From the NCBI RefSeq assembly GCF_024521635.1, contig NW_026250454.1, positions 62,001 through 82,511 of the forward strand: a stretch of DNA of 20,511 nucleotides, in the 5' to 3' direction. The notes under the pieces were generated by a model. The model worked only from the letters and a program-made list of their open reading frames with translations, ran no database searches and was not told where the DNA came from. Made by a program: the position numbers and the translations under genes. Shown piece by piece: positions 1-11,284 of the stretch. The DNA is from Tricharina praecox (Eukaryota). Position 1 is the stretch's first letter. Each line of letters opens with the position of its first letter.

Positions 1-1
1 G

Positions 2-2941
2 GAGATACTCCAGACAGGCAAGATTCGAAGATCCAAATCACCAGCCGGGGCGCCGATATTATTTGTACCAAAGGCGCACGGCAGGGGTCTCCGATTGTGT
101 GTCGACTATCGCGGTATCAACAAGATTACCGTAGCCAATCGCTACCCACTCCCGATCATGGCAGAGTTGCAAGACCGAGTCAGGGGTGCGAAAGTCTTCA
201 CCAAGATTGATTTGAAGAATGGCTATCACCTTATCTGCATCAAGGAAGGTGACGAGTGGAAGACGGCTTTCCGCTGTCGATACGGACTATTTGAGTTTTT
301 GGTCATGCCGTTTGGGCTGACCAACGCTCCAGCGACGTTTCAGGACATGATTAACCACATATTTCGGGATATGTTGGACCTGGGAGTGGCCGCATACATC
401 GATGACCTCCTCATCTATGCGAAGACGCACGAGGAGCATGACAAGATAGTCATCGAGGTACTAAAGAGGTTGGAAGAAAATAAGTTGGCAATCTCACCAA
501 AGAAGTGTGTCTGGTTGACAGGGAGACTCGAGTTCCTAGGATACGTGATGTCCCAAGATGAAATTGAGATGGCTAAGGACAAGGTGGAATCTGTGCTCTC
601 GTGGGAGGCGCCGCGGTCCCTGAAGGAAGTACAAGCCATTCTTGGGTTCGCCAATCTTTACAGGCGCTTCATCAAGGATTTCTCAAAGCTCACGAGACCC
701 TTGACCGAGAGCACAAAAGAAAAAGGGAAACATTGGAGATGGACAGGGGACATGGAACTGGCCTTCGAGGAGCTGAAGTCTAGGTTCACCGTGGCACCGA
801 TTCTCGGGCACTTCAACCCAGAACTACCTGTCGTGGTGGAATCCGACGCTTCGGACTTCGCGTTGGGCGCGGTCCTGTGTCAAAGGGCAGAGGATGGGAA
901 GTTACACCCGGTTGCATTCCACTCAAGAAAGTTCACCCCAGCCAAAATCAACTTTGAGATTCACGATAAGGAACTACTCGCGATAGTAGACTCTTTCAAA
1001 CGCTGGCGGCAATACCTCGAGGGAGCAAAACACCAGATCCAGGTGTACAGCGACCACCAGAACCCTGAGTACTTTACAATCACGAAAGTACTCAATCGAC
1101 GGCAGGCGAGATGGGCACAAGAACTCGCTGGCATCGGCTTCAAAATCTACTACCGGCCCGGCAGCCAGAATGGCAAGCCTGACGCATTATCCAGGCGCCC
1201 GGAGTACCGCCCTGAAAAAGGGGGGGGTGAAGATCAGCCGATTACGACGATCCTGCATAAATCACACTTTGCAGGCGACGATTCGAGAGTTTCATCAATC
1301 AGCACCGGAGGCGAAAGCACCGTGTTCCTGGCTTCGTCAACTCGGCTACAATCAATCCCCGTGCCAAAGTGGAATGAAGAATTTCTGGGTTGGGTCAGGA
1401 AGGCAGGAAAGAAAGATGCTGGGTATCAGGAGGCTCTGAGTAGCATCAAGGATACGAACCAGGACGCGGCTCAGAAGGACACTGAGTCGGAGGGCCGAAA
1501 GGCCTGGGAACTGGCCGCCGAGAGTAGGGACTCCGGCAGGATGGGTCGAAAGGCCAGGATTTTGAGGATGGAAGAGGGGTGCCTGTATAGGAAAGAAAGG
1601 CTATGGGTACCAGACGACAAGGAACTCGTCAGACACATCCTCGAGTCGGAACACGATACGAAAGTCGCAGGGCATATGGGCCAGGACAAGACTATCGAAC
1701 TTATCCGACGCAATTTCTGGTGGCCAAAGATGGACGAGCAGATTATAGACTTCGTCCGGAGTTGCGCGCAGTGTCAGAAGGACAAAGCAACAAGGCACCA
1801 GCCGTATGGACTACTCAATCCCCTCGAGTTACCATACACCCCATGGCAATCAATAGCCATGGACTTCATTACCGACCTACCGGAATCCAACGGATGCGAC
1901 CAGCTATGGGTGGTCGTCGACCGCTTCACCAAGATGGCGCATTTCATCCCCCTACCCAAGGATGGAAAGATAGCCGAGGATCTCGCGCGGATTTTTCCCC
2001 GCGAGATATGGCGCTTTCACCGATTACCAGCAGACATAGTGTCGGATCGGGACTCACGGTTTACCTTGGGTACATGGAAAGAATTCATCCGGCTGCTAGG
2101 CATTAAGCCTTGAATGTCAACAGTGTTCCACCCACAGACGGATGGACAAACGGAACGCCTCAACCAGACGATCGGAGCATACCTCCGTTCCTCCGTCAAC
2201 TACGAGCAGAACGATTGGGTGAATCTCCTACCGATGGCTGAGTTTGCCTACAACAACTCGGTTACATCGGCAACCGGAATGTCGCCCTTCTATGCGAATT
2301 TCGGATACCACCCTTCGGCGACAAACCCTGCTGCAGCAAATTCTCTCAACCCCGCCAGCAAGGTCTACGCTCACTGGATGCATACAGTCCACGAGGAAAA
2401 CATCAAGACCGTCGAACGAACGCGCGAACGAATGCGCAAGTATGCAGACCAACACCGTCAGGAGGCACCGGCTTATCAAGTAGGAGACTTGGTAATGCTG
2501 AATGGGCGGAACATTCAAACCCGCCGACCCTCGCGGAAGTTGGACCACAAGAACCATGGTCCCTTCCAAATCGAGAAGATCGTATCGCCGCTCGCTGTCA
2601 AGCTCACTCTGCCAAGGAAGTGGAAGATTCATAATGTCTTTCACGTCTCGCTCGTTGAACCGTTCCGAGCCGGCACCCGAGCACCACCGGATCCCTCCCA
2701 AATCTTACGAGAGGCCGATGATGTGGAAGGCAACGAAGAATACGACGTCGATGAGGTTATGGGCAGCTCAAAGAAAGGTCGACGAGTGCTCTACCTCGTC
2801 AAATGGCTCAACTACCCCGAACTACGGGACTGGACGAACGAGCCATTCGACAACTTCTCAGTAGGCGGTCGGGAAAAGCTACGCGAGTTTCATCGCAAAA
2901 ATCCCGATGCGCCAAGGGACTACCGGCTCACAGATGAGTAA
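2..2941 (+). pseudogene. pol: pol of element A, 5'-truncated by the window, with an in-frame TGA at 2111-2113 splitting the integrase core
   Basis: RT motifs CVDYRGIN, KIDLKNGY, MPFGLTNAPATFQ, YIDD; RNase H ESDASD, HDKELLAIV, SDHQN; integrase HHCC (H..AGH..CAQC), IAMDF, VSDRD, then GQTER and GPF in the same frame after the stop; C-terminal chromodomain. Confidence 0.95.
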
Positions 2942-3068
2942 GAGTTTTTTCCCATGTGGTTTTCTCGAACTCGGGCAGGTAGTAGGATGAAGGGCATGGA
3001 GGACTTCATCCACAGTTATCAAGTTAGGATAAAGGCGAGGACTTGGGTGCTTCGGGCTGAAGCCTCGT

Positions 3069-3082
3069 GGGAGGGGAGATGG
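3069..3082 (+). promoter_or_regulatory. Polypurine tract of element A
   Basis: GGGAGGGGAGATGG directly before the LTR-start TGT; mirrored at 5429-5442 in B. Confidence 0.85.
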
Positions 3083-3773
3083 TGTGACACCCCGATAGGT
3101 ATCGGAGAACACGACGGTCGCAAGAGATGTGATTAGATAGTTCGGGTGATTAGAATAGAGTTGCGAGCCGAAAGGATAGTTAGAAGCGATCAAAGACAAG
3201 ATTGGAAGGAGGGAGCAAACGGATGCCAGAGTCTAGACAGTGATCGGAGATGCGGGAGATCGGGATAACAGTCCAGAGGACTTTGAGATCTCCGATCATA
3301 GGGCCCCACAGTAGGAACTCCGATCCAGGGAAAAAACTGTTATGACGAGAGAATTGAACATCGACCGATGGGGGCAGACAACTTGGAGGGAAGAACTCTG
3401 CCGGCGCATGAGGGAGATAATTGCTCGGAAACTCCGATCTATCTTGGGTGCGTGGTGTTTACCACCTGCCTAGTCGAGAAGACTTTCCGAAGAGAGCTGA
3501 CAACGACTCGAGGCTAGGCCGCGGAACTCCGATGCAAAGGGAGCAACGGAGCTACGTCAGGCCGCACTCTAGAGAAATCACGTGCTGAGGATCGGAACGA
3601 CTATAAGTCGAACCGAGCGGGTAACTGAACCAAACTACAAACATCGCACCGAACAAACCATCGAAGAAACACCCTTAAGATTATTCCGTTGTGAATTATC
3701 GAAATCCCTGACTTTTATTCTACACTCGATATTACCATAGACTCCGACGGCGCAAACTCGTTCCAGTCTCACA
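3083..3773 (+). repeat. 3' LTR of element A (691 bp)
   Basis: TGTGACAC...GTCTCACA termini; about 94-96% identical to the LTRs at 4739-5428 and 11299-11988; TCACGTG at 3578 and TATAA at 3602. Confidence 0.96.
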
Positions 3774-4008
3774 GCCGGAACCTCAGGGGCAAACTGCAGT
3801 ACCTGGTGAAATGGAGAGGCTACGTGGCGCCAACATGGGAACCAGAGGAGAAGCTTACCAAGGTACAAGCCATGGATGACTTCCTTCAATAATACCCCAT
3901 GCGGCCTGGAGCAGTCGAACTTACTCTCATAAGAACTTGAGCCTTAACAATGACTAATGTGACAGGCCGCAGCGGAAGAATACAGGAAGGGCCGGCACCA
4001 GGATCCGA
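3774..4008 (+). pseudogene. Remnant of an older C-like element: chromodomain C-terminal half plus the first 51 bp of its 3' LTR (from 3958)
   Basis: Translates as RNLRGKLQYLVKWRGYVAPTWEPEEKLTKVQAMDDFLQ*YPMRPG, aligning with element C RTLRGRLQYLVKWRGFTAPTWEPEENLVDVQAVDEFHQRYPMKPG; followed by TGTGACAGG...GGCACCAGGATC, resembling the C LTR start. Confidence 0.9.
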
Positions 4009-4537
4009 TGTGAGACTGACCCCGTTCTGGGACGTCGGAGTCTTGATAGATGTTGAGTGTAGAATAAAACACAGGGATTTCAATCATTCACAGCAGAATA
4101 ATCTCAAGGGCTATCGCCGGTAGTGTTCGGTGTTCTGGTTGTGCTGGTTTTTAGGATTTCTTTGGCGATAGTCAAGTGACTATACAGGCTACCCACACAA
4201 CGGGTACGTGATCGGAAAACTCTGTCCAGGGGAAATCCGTTGCAAACGCCCCTTTGTGTCACGCTCTGGCGTAAGCGCTATAAAGGGTCACCCACTGCGT
4301 TTAGGCTGTAGAGCCGCCGTAACCTGTTGCAGGGATAGCCGTTCCGACTAGGCAAGAAGTGCTTACCACTTCCTACCCGAGCGCAGCTCAGAGTAAGTAG
4401 TACATATCTTCATGTCGGCACTGAGAAATGGACCAGTTCTACAGGCTCACATTTGTCGATACATTGGTAATCGCGCATCATTACAAGTTCCATGATCAGC
4501 GTTCCTTTCAACAGGGTTCCATGATGCACTGCCTTAG
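4009..4537 (-). repeat. Partial family D LTR (U5 end at 4009), interrupted at 4538
   Basis: Begins TGTGAGACTGA; aligns with 12240-12315 plus 18400-18850 and with the reverse complement of 19596-20427. Confidence 0.88.
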
Positions 4538-4738
4538 TGTGAGACAGGAATGAGTTGCGGTCGTCGGAGTCTGTGGTATTATCAAGTGTAGAAAAAAGTG
4601 AGGGATTTCGATAGTTAACAACAGAATAATCTTAAGGGTATTTCTTCGATGGTTGTTCAGTGTGATGATTGCGTTCGGTTCGATTACCGGCTCAGGTTCG
4701 ACACTTATAGGCTTCCCCACCTTCAGCACGTGATTTGC
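4538..4738 (-). repeat. Partial diverged A/B-like LTR (U5/R end), interrupted by element B
   Basis: TGTGAGACAGGAATGAGTTGCGGTCGTCGGAGTC...CAGCACGTGATTT is a diverged copy of the first ~200 bp of the LTR at 4739. Confidence 0.88.
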
Positions 4739-5428
4739 TGTGAGACTGGAACGATTTTGCGTCGTCGGAGTCTATGGTATTATCGAGTGTAGAATAAAAG
4801 TCAGGGATTTCGATAATTCACAACGGAATAATTTCAAGGGTGTTTCTTCGATGGTTTGTTCGGTGCGATGATTGTAGTTTGGTTCGGCCGCCCGCTCAGT
4901 TCGACTTATAGTCGTTCCGATCCTCAGCACGTGATTTCTCTAGAGTGCGGCCTAACGTAGCTCCGTTGCTTCCTTTGCATCGCAGTTCCGCGGCCTAGCC
5001 TCGAGTCGTTGTCAGCTCTCTTCGCATAGTCTTCTCGACTAGGCAGGTGGTAAACACCACGCATCTAAGATAGATCGGAGTTTCCGAGCAATTATCTCCC
5101 TCATGCGCCGGCAGAGTTCTTCGCTCGAAGTTGTCTGCCTCCATCGGTCGATGTTCGATTCTCTCGTCATAACAGTTTTTCCCTGGATCGGAGTTCCTAC
5201 TGCAGGGCCCTATGAACGGAGATCTCAAAGTCCTCTGAACTGTTATCCCGATCTCCCGCATCTCCGATCACTGTCTAGACTCTGTAATCCGTTTGCTCCC
5301 TACTTCCTATCTTATCCTTGATCGCTTCTAACTATCCTTTCGGCTCGCAACTCTATTCTAATCACCCAGACTTTCCAATCACATCTTTTGCGACCGTCTT
5401 GACCTCTGATATCTATCGGGGTGTCACA
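4739..5428 (-). repeat. 3' LTR of element B (690 bp)
   Basis: TGTGAGAC...GTGTCACA termini; PPT complement CCATCTCCCCTCCC adjacent at 5429. Confidence 0.96.
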
Positions 5429-5569
5429 CCATCTCCCCTCCCACGAGGCTTCGGCCCGAAGCACCCAAGTCCTCGCCTTTATCGCAACTTGATAACTGTG
5501 GATGAAGTCCTCCATCCCCTTCATCCTACTACCTGCCCGAGTTCAAGAAAACCACATGGGAAAAAACTC

Positions 5570-8500
5570 TTACTCATCTGTGAGCCGGTAGTCCCTCGGC
5601 GCATCGGGATTTTTGCGATGAAACTCGCGTAGCTTTTCCCGACCGCCTACTGAGAAGTTGTCGAATGGCTCGTTCGTTCAGTCCCGTCGTTCGGGGTAGT
5701 TGAGCCACTTCACGAGGTAGAGCATTCGTCGACCTTTCTTCGAGCTGCCCATAACCTCATCGACGTCGTATTCTTCGTTGCCTTCCACATCATCGGCCTC
5801 TCGTAAGATTTGGGAGGGATCCGGTGGTGCTCGGGTGCCGGCTCGGAACGGTTCAACGAGCGAGACGTGAAAGACATTATGAATCTTCCACTTCCTTGGC
5901 AGAGTGAGCTTGACAGCGAGCGGCGATACGATCTTCTCGATTTGGAAGGGACCATGGTTCTTGTGGTCCAACTTCCGCGAGGGTCGGCGGGTTTGAATGT
6001 TCCGCCCATTGAGCATTACCAAGTCTCCTACTTGATAAGCCGGTGCCTCCTGACGGTGTTGGTCTGCATACTTGCGCATTCGTTCGCGCGTTCGTTCGAC
6101 GGTCTTGATGTTTTCCTCGTGGACTGTATGCATCCAGTGAGCGTAGACCTTGCTGGCGGGGTTGAGAGAATTTGCTGCAGCAGGGTTTGTCGCCGAAGGG
6201 TGGTATCCGAAATTCGCATAGAAGGGCGACATTCCGGTTGCCGATGTAACCGAGTTGTTGTAGGCAAACTCAGCCATCGGTAGGAGATTCACCCAATCGT
6301 TCTGCTCGTAGTTGACGGAGGAACGGAGGTATGCTCCGATCGTCTGGTTGAGGCGTTCCGTTTGTCCATCCGTCTGTGGGTGGAACACTGTTGACATTCA
6401 AGGCTTAATGCCTAGCAGCCGGATGAATTCTTTCCATGTACCCAAGGTAAACCGTGAGTCCCGATCCGACACTATGTCTGCTGGTAATCGGTGAAAGCGC
6501 CATATCTCGCGGGGAAAAATCCGCGCGAGATCCTCGGCTATCTTTCCATCCTTGGGTAGGGGGATGAAATGCGCCATCTTGGTGAAGCGGTCGACGACCA
6601 CCCATAGCTGGTCGCATCCGTTGGATTCCGGTAGGTCGGTAATGAAGTCCATGGCTATTGATTGCCATGGGGTGTATGGTAACTCGAGGGGATTGAGTAG
6701 TCCATACGGCTGGTGCCTTGTTGCTTTGTCCTTCTGACACTGCGCGCAACTCCGGACGAAGTCTATAATCTGCTCGTCCATCTTTGGCCACCAGAAATTG
6801 CGTCGGATAAGTTCAATAGTCTTGTCCTGGCCAATATGCCCCGCGACTTTCGTATCGTGTTCCGACTCGAGGATGTGTCTGACGAGTTCCTTGTCGTCTG
6901 GTACCCATAGCCTTTCTTTCCTATACAGGCACCCCTCTTCCATCCTCAAAATCCTGGCCTTTCGACCCATCCTGCCGGAGTCCCTACTCTCGGCGGCCAG
7001 TTCCCAGGCCTTTCGGCCCTCCGACTCAGTGTCCTTCTGAGCCGCGTCCTGGTTCGTATCCTTGATGCTACTCAGAGCCTCCTGATACCCAGCATCTTTC
7101 TTTCCTGCCTTCCTGACCCAACCCAGAAATTCTTCATTCCACTTTGGCACGGGGATTGATTGTAGCCGAGTTGACGAAGCCAGGAACACGGTGCTTTCGC
7201 CTCCGGTGCTGATTGATGAAACTCTCGAATCGTCGCCTGCAAAGTGTGATTTATGCAGGATCGTCGTAATCGGCTGATCTTCACCCCCCCCTTTTTCAGG
7301 GCGGTACTCCGGGCGCCTGGATAATGCGTCAGGCTTGCCATTCTGGCTGCCGGGCCGGTAGTAGATTTTGAAGCCGATGCCAGCGAGTTCTTGTGCCCAT
7401 CTCGCCTGCCGTCGATTGAGTACTTTCGTGATTGTAAAGTACTCAGGGTTCTGGTGGTCGCTGTACACCTGGATCTGGTGTTTTGCTCCCTCGAGGTATT
7501 GCCGCCAGCGTTTGAAAGAGTCTACTATCGCGAGTAGTTCCTTATCGTGAATCTCAAAGTTGATTTTGGCTGGGGTGAACTTTCTTGAGTGGAATGCAAC
7601 CGGGTGTAACTTCCCATCCTCTGCCCTTTGACACAGGACCGCGCCCAACGCGAAGTCCGAAGCGTCGGATTCCACCACGACAGGTAGTTCTGGGTTGAAG
7701 TGCCCGAGAATCGGTGCCACGGTGAACCTAGACTTCAGCTCCTCGAAGGCCAGTTCCATGTCCCCTGTCCATCTCCAATGTTTCCCTTTTTCTTTTGTGC
7801 TCTCGGTCAAGGGTCTCGTGAGCTTTGAGAAATCCTTGATGAAGCGCCTGTAAAGATTGGCGAACCCAAGAATGGCTTGTACTTCCTTCAGGGACCGCGG
7901 CGCCTCCCACGAGAGCACAGATTCCACCTTGTCCTTAGCCATCTCAATTTCATCTTGGGACATCACGTATCCTAGGAACTCGAGTCTCCCTGTCAACCAG
8001 ACACACTTCTTTGGTGAGATTGCCAACTTATTTTCTTCCAACCTCTTTAGTACCTCGATGACTATCTTGTCATGCTCCTCGTGCGTCTTCGCATAGATGA
8101 GGAGGTCATCGATGTATGCGGCCACTCCCAGGTCCAACATATCCCGAAATATGTGGTTAATCATGTCCTGAAACGTCGCTGGAGCGTTGGTCAGCCCAAA
8201 CGGCATGACCAAAAACTCAAATAGTCCGTATCGACAGCGGAAAGCCGTCTTCCACTCGTCACCTTCCTTGATGCAGATAAGGTGATAGCCATTCTTCAAA
8301 TCAATCTTGGTGAAGACTTTCGCACCCCTGACTCGGTCTTGCAACTCTGCCATGATCGGGAGTGGGTAGCGATTGGCTACGGTAATCTTGTTGATACCGC
8401 GATAGTCGACACACAATCGGAGACCCCTGCCGTGCGCCTTTGGTACAAATAATATCGGCGCCCCGGCTGGTGATTTGGATCTTCGAATCTTGCCTGTCTG

Positions 8501-9270
8501 GAGTATCTCCTTGAGCCACTCCCTGAGGGCCTCAAGTTCTTTCTCTGACAGCGCATAGATAGGACCCCATGGAGGAGTCTCTCCTTCCTTGAGATCGATT
8601 GCGTGGTCGTAGGACTTGTGGTCGGGAAGCTTATCGGCTGCTTCCTTGCTCATGATGTTGGCATATCGTCTGAACTTCTCCGGAAGCAGATTTATGGGTG
8701 GATCTGATTCCGGGCCAGCTGAGACGTATCCGATAATGCGAGTATCCGAATTGTGAACGACAGACGTGTCAAGTTCCATCGGAAAGCTGGTCGCTTGTTG
8801 CAAGGTGCATTGTTCCTTGCATCGGGCGCTGGTGAAGCAGATTTTCTGTGCTTCATTCTCCCAGAACCCTGTCGGTTCATGCTTAGCCATCCACCAATAC
8901 GGGAGGTAGGCATCGCAGTCGTCCAAGGGAGCCACTTCAAAGGTTTTGTTGGTGTAGTGCCTCCGGTGTTGGAGGAGCATCGGCATTGTATAATATTCCC
9001 CGGCTCCTTCCACTATGGTTCCGTCGAAGTCCTTGATTTCCAGCGGCTTAGGTCGTTGAATGAGGGGCAACCCAAGTTCTCGTGCAAGGCTTCGTTTAAT
9101 GATCGGAATGGCACATTCTGTGTCGAGGAGTACTCAGATCCGTCGTCGCTTGTGCTCAGACCAGAGGAGCATCATTTCTATGATTGGTCATGGTCCGCTG
9201 ACAGGTTTGGGGGCACACACCCTGAGGCGCTCGGCGCGGTTGGACTCGTAGAAATAGGTTGGTCCGTTCG
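5570..9270 (-). pseudogene. pol: pol of element B (protease, RT, RNase H, integrase, chromodomain); upstream boundary approximate
   Basis: Protease RI*VLLDTEC (DTG degenerated to DTE, 9116-9124); in-frame stops at 9188, 9134, 6398 and 5678; ORFs 6398-9070 and 5678-6397 carry the RT, RH, IN and chromodomain motifs. Confidence 0.93.
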
Positions 9271-9373
9271 TCTTCGCTTATCTCTGGATTCGCTGTCGAT
9301 ATCCTGAGGCCGTGGTCTCTTCGTTCCGCAAACATATACACCTGGCCGCCCAGTCTGCGGAGTGCTGGGCCGC

Positions 9374-11260
9374 TCAAAAATCCTCCGGCTCGCTCTCATT
9401 CCTCTCCCAGAATGGAGGCGCCTCCGTCATTGCTTCATCCTCCACCACAACCGCCGCAGCCTTGTGTTGCTTGGACCTTGGTTGAGTGGGTTCGGCATCC
9501 TGGGTGTCCCGCTTTCTCTTTGTCAAGGATGACACCTTTGGACTCTCGGGGAGCTCGGTACCAGCGACTGTTTTTCTGGCGTAGCATTGGAAGGTTCAGT
9601 GGCCGTCTCGTCCGCAACGCCAACAGTCGCACTTGGATGCTTTGTGGGCATCGATCTCCTTCTGGGGAACCCCTACCCGAGCCTCCTTTGCTCCTGCATA
9701 GATGTCCCCTTCCCTTGTCCTTCCCTTCCTGACCCCTGTTGCTTCCTTGGCCTTTCGGCCCTCTGGGGACTCCCCGCTTTCCTTGCGGCCCCCGGGGTCT
9801 CTGCCCGTTCCTTGGCCCTGCCGGCCGTTGCCAGGTCCCTCCCGGTCGCGGCCGGAACCCTGGCTACCCAATCCCCCTTTCCTCATTGCCCTTGCCTTTT
9901 TCAGCGCGTCCCGTCGTTCCACATGGTTCGCAGCCATGGGCACCGTTTCCAGGAAATCTTCATAGTCTTCGTAGAGTTCGGTGTGCTGGATAAAGCACAT
10001 ATCGAGGATGTTGGTGGTCATGGCCTGGTTCACTATGTCTTGTAGTGGTTCGCCGATGGCGCGAGCGATCATGTTGAGTGATCGGAAGGAGGTCATACAA
10101 ACCTGATTATCCCCTTTGTATTCGAGGGCCCACATCCTTCTTAATGCGTTCACTCCTTCCTGCGTGTCGCGGTACGCCTACTTGAATGCCTCTTGGTACG
10201 CCTGCCACGTATCTTCCAAGTGTAGCTGCCTCAGGCTTCTTCGACGGGCCTGATGCCATTCTGCCGCTGTACCTTCCAGTCGCGATCTCACCCACGCTAT
10301 CTTCTGCTGCTCGTTTGTCTCTGGGTGGAACTCAAGATATTCTTCGACTGAGTCCCACCATGGACAGAAGGCTGTCCTTTGCTTGCCATCGAACGGCTTG
10401 GGCTCTTTCATTTTAAGCTTGATGGCCCTCGGGTTCGATGCGGAGACGGCAGCAGCGATTATCCGAGCGAAGCGACTCTCTTCGTCTTCGCCGTCTTCTC
10501 TTGGTAGCGGAGCGTGTCGGTGACGGGGCGGCGAACGACGCGGCAAGGGGATGGAATCGTCATCATTCGATGGTTCCTCATCCGAGGGATCACCTCCAAG
10601 GTTAGTCACCGGACGTCTTGGGGGTGGAGGAGGAGGGGACATTCCTGCACCTGCCGGAGTTTCCCTTGTTGCTGACCTTTCTGCCCGCGATCCTCCTCTT
10701 GGGGTGGTGTTTACCCACTCTGGGGCCTTTTCCTTCGCCTTCCCTGTCCTTACCTCTACAGCCTTCAATTTTTTCTCCGCTCGAGCGATTTTTTCCTTGA
10801 TTCGCTGTTGCTCTTTGTAGAGGTACTCTGCCTTCTCTTCCTGTTTCCCTGCCCAAATTTCCACGTTGCGGTTGTACACCGCTTGCTCCCTGCGTTGTTC
10901 GACTTGCGCCGTTTCGAGGAACACGATGGCGTCTTGTAGCCGAGCGTTTGCGACGCTGTGCAACTCGCGGTTGTCTTCATCTTTCTGGTTACGTTCTCGA
11001 ATGACTGCCCATACGTCGCTGCTCAGGGCGTGCGTCGCGTTCGCTACCGTTGACAGCTCGGTTCGAAGCCATTCTGTATTCATTTCGGCATTGTGAGCGT
11101 AGAGGTTGTACACATACTTGACCCCATCGCAGAGTTGTTCGTAGTTCCTTCCTGGGTTTCGTACTTCGACAGTTTCGGATGCTTGCAGAATGCTAACGAG
11201 CGCATTGCTTAGGGTCTGAGGAAGTTCGAGGCGGAGCATGTCGAGGTTTGAGGAGGACAT
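9374..11260 (-). pseudogene. gag: gag of element B (two premature stops)
   Basis: ATG at 11260 (MSSSNLDMLRL); coiled-coil and Pro-rich linker, EPKPFDG capsid-like motif; in-frame stops at 10178 and 9596; zinc knuckle CWRCGRDGH*TFQC (CX2CX4HX4C); frame ends ...ESEPEDF* at 9374. Confidence 0.9.
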
Positions 11261-11284
11261 TTCGATAGAAATCGGTGACTGTAA

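Larger units (their letters stand above)
1..3773 (+). mobile_element. Element A: Ty3/Gypsy chromovirus LTR retrotransposon, 3' part (RT-RNase H-integrase-chromodomain, PPT, 3' LTR); 5' part lies outside the window
   Basis: Domain order RT-RH-IN-chromodomain; purine tract followed by a TGTGA...TCACA LTR; reverse complement of element B (position x corresponds to 8511-x). Confidence 0.97.

Noticed and set aside
1..2113. Bacterial RT system (retron, DGR, group II intron) or an env-bearing retrovirus
   Set aside because: The RT sits in a gypsy PR-RT-RH-IN-chromodomain polyprotein between LTRs, and only about 140 bp separate pol from the 3' LTR, leaving no room for env.
2111..2116. TGA-ATG as programmed stop/reinitiation producing a separate integrase-chromodomain protein
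   Set aside because: It separates the catalytic E (GQTER) from the two D residues and is one transition from CGA. Its presence in both copies is better explained by homogenisation.
4009..4800. Recurrent TGTGAGAC...GTCGGAGTC units as a CRISPR-like or regularly spaced array
   Set aside because: Spacing is irregular, homology extends over 100 bp or more, and each unit is an LTR U5 end.
4995..5261. 88-aa ORF present in two LTR copies (also 11555-11821)
   Set aside because: It is frameshifted in the third copy by an extra base near 3328-3336 and shows many amino-acid changes between copies, so there is no sign of coding constraint.
415..11096. Numerous antisense and alternate-frame ORFs (e.g. 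2228-2701, 8753-9307, 9259-9732) as novel accessory genes
   Set aside because: They are shadows of GC-rich gag/pol with no recognisable motifs. Their recurrence only reflects the A/B duplication.
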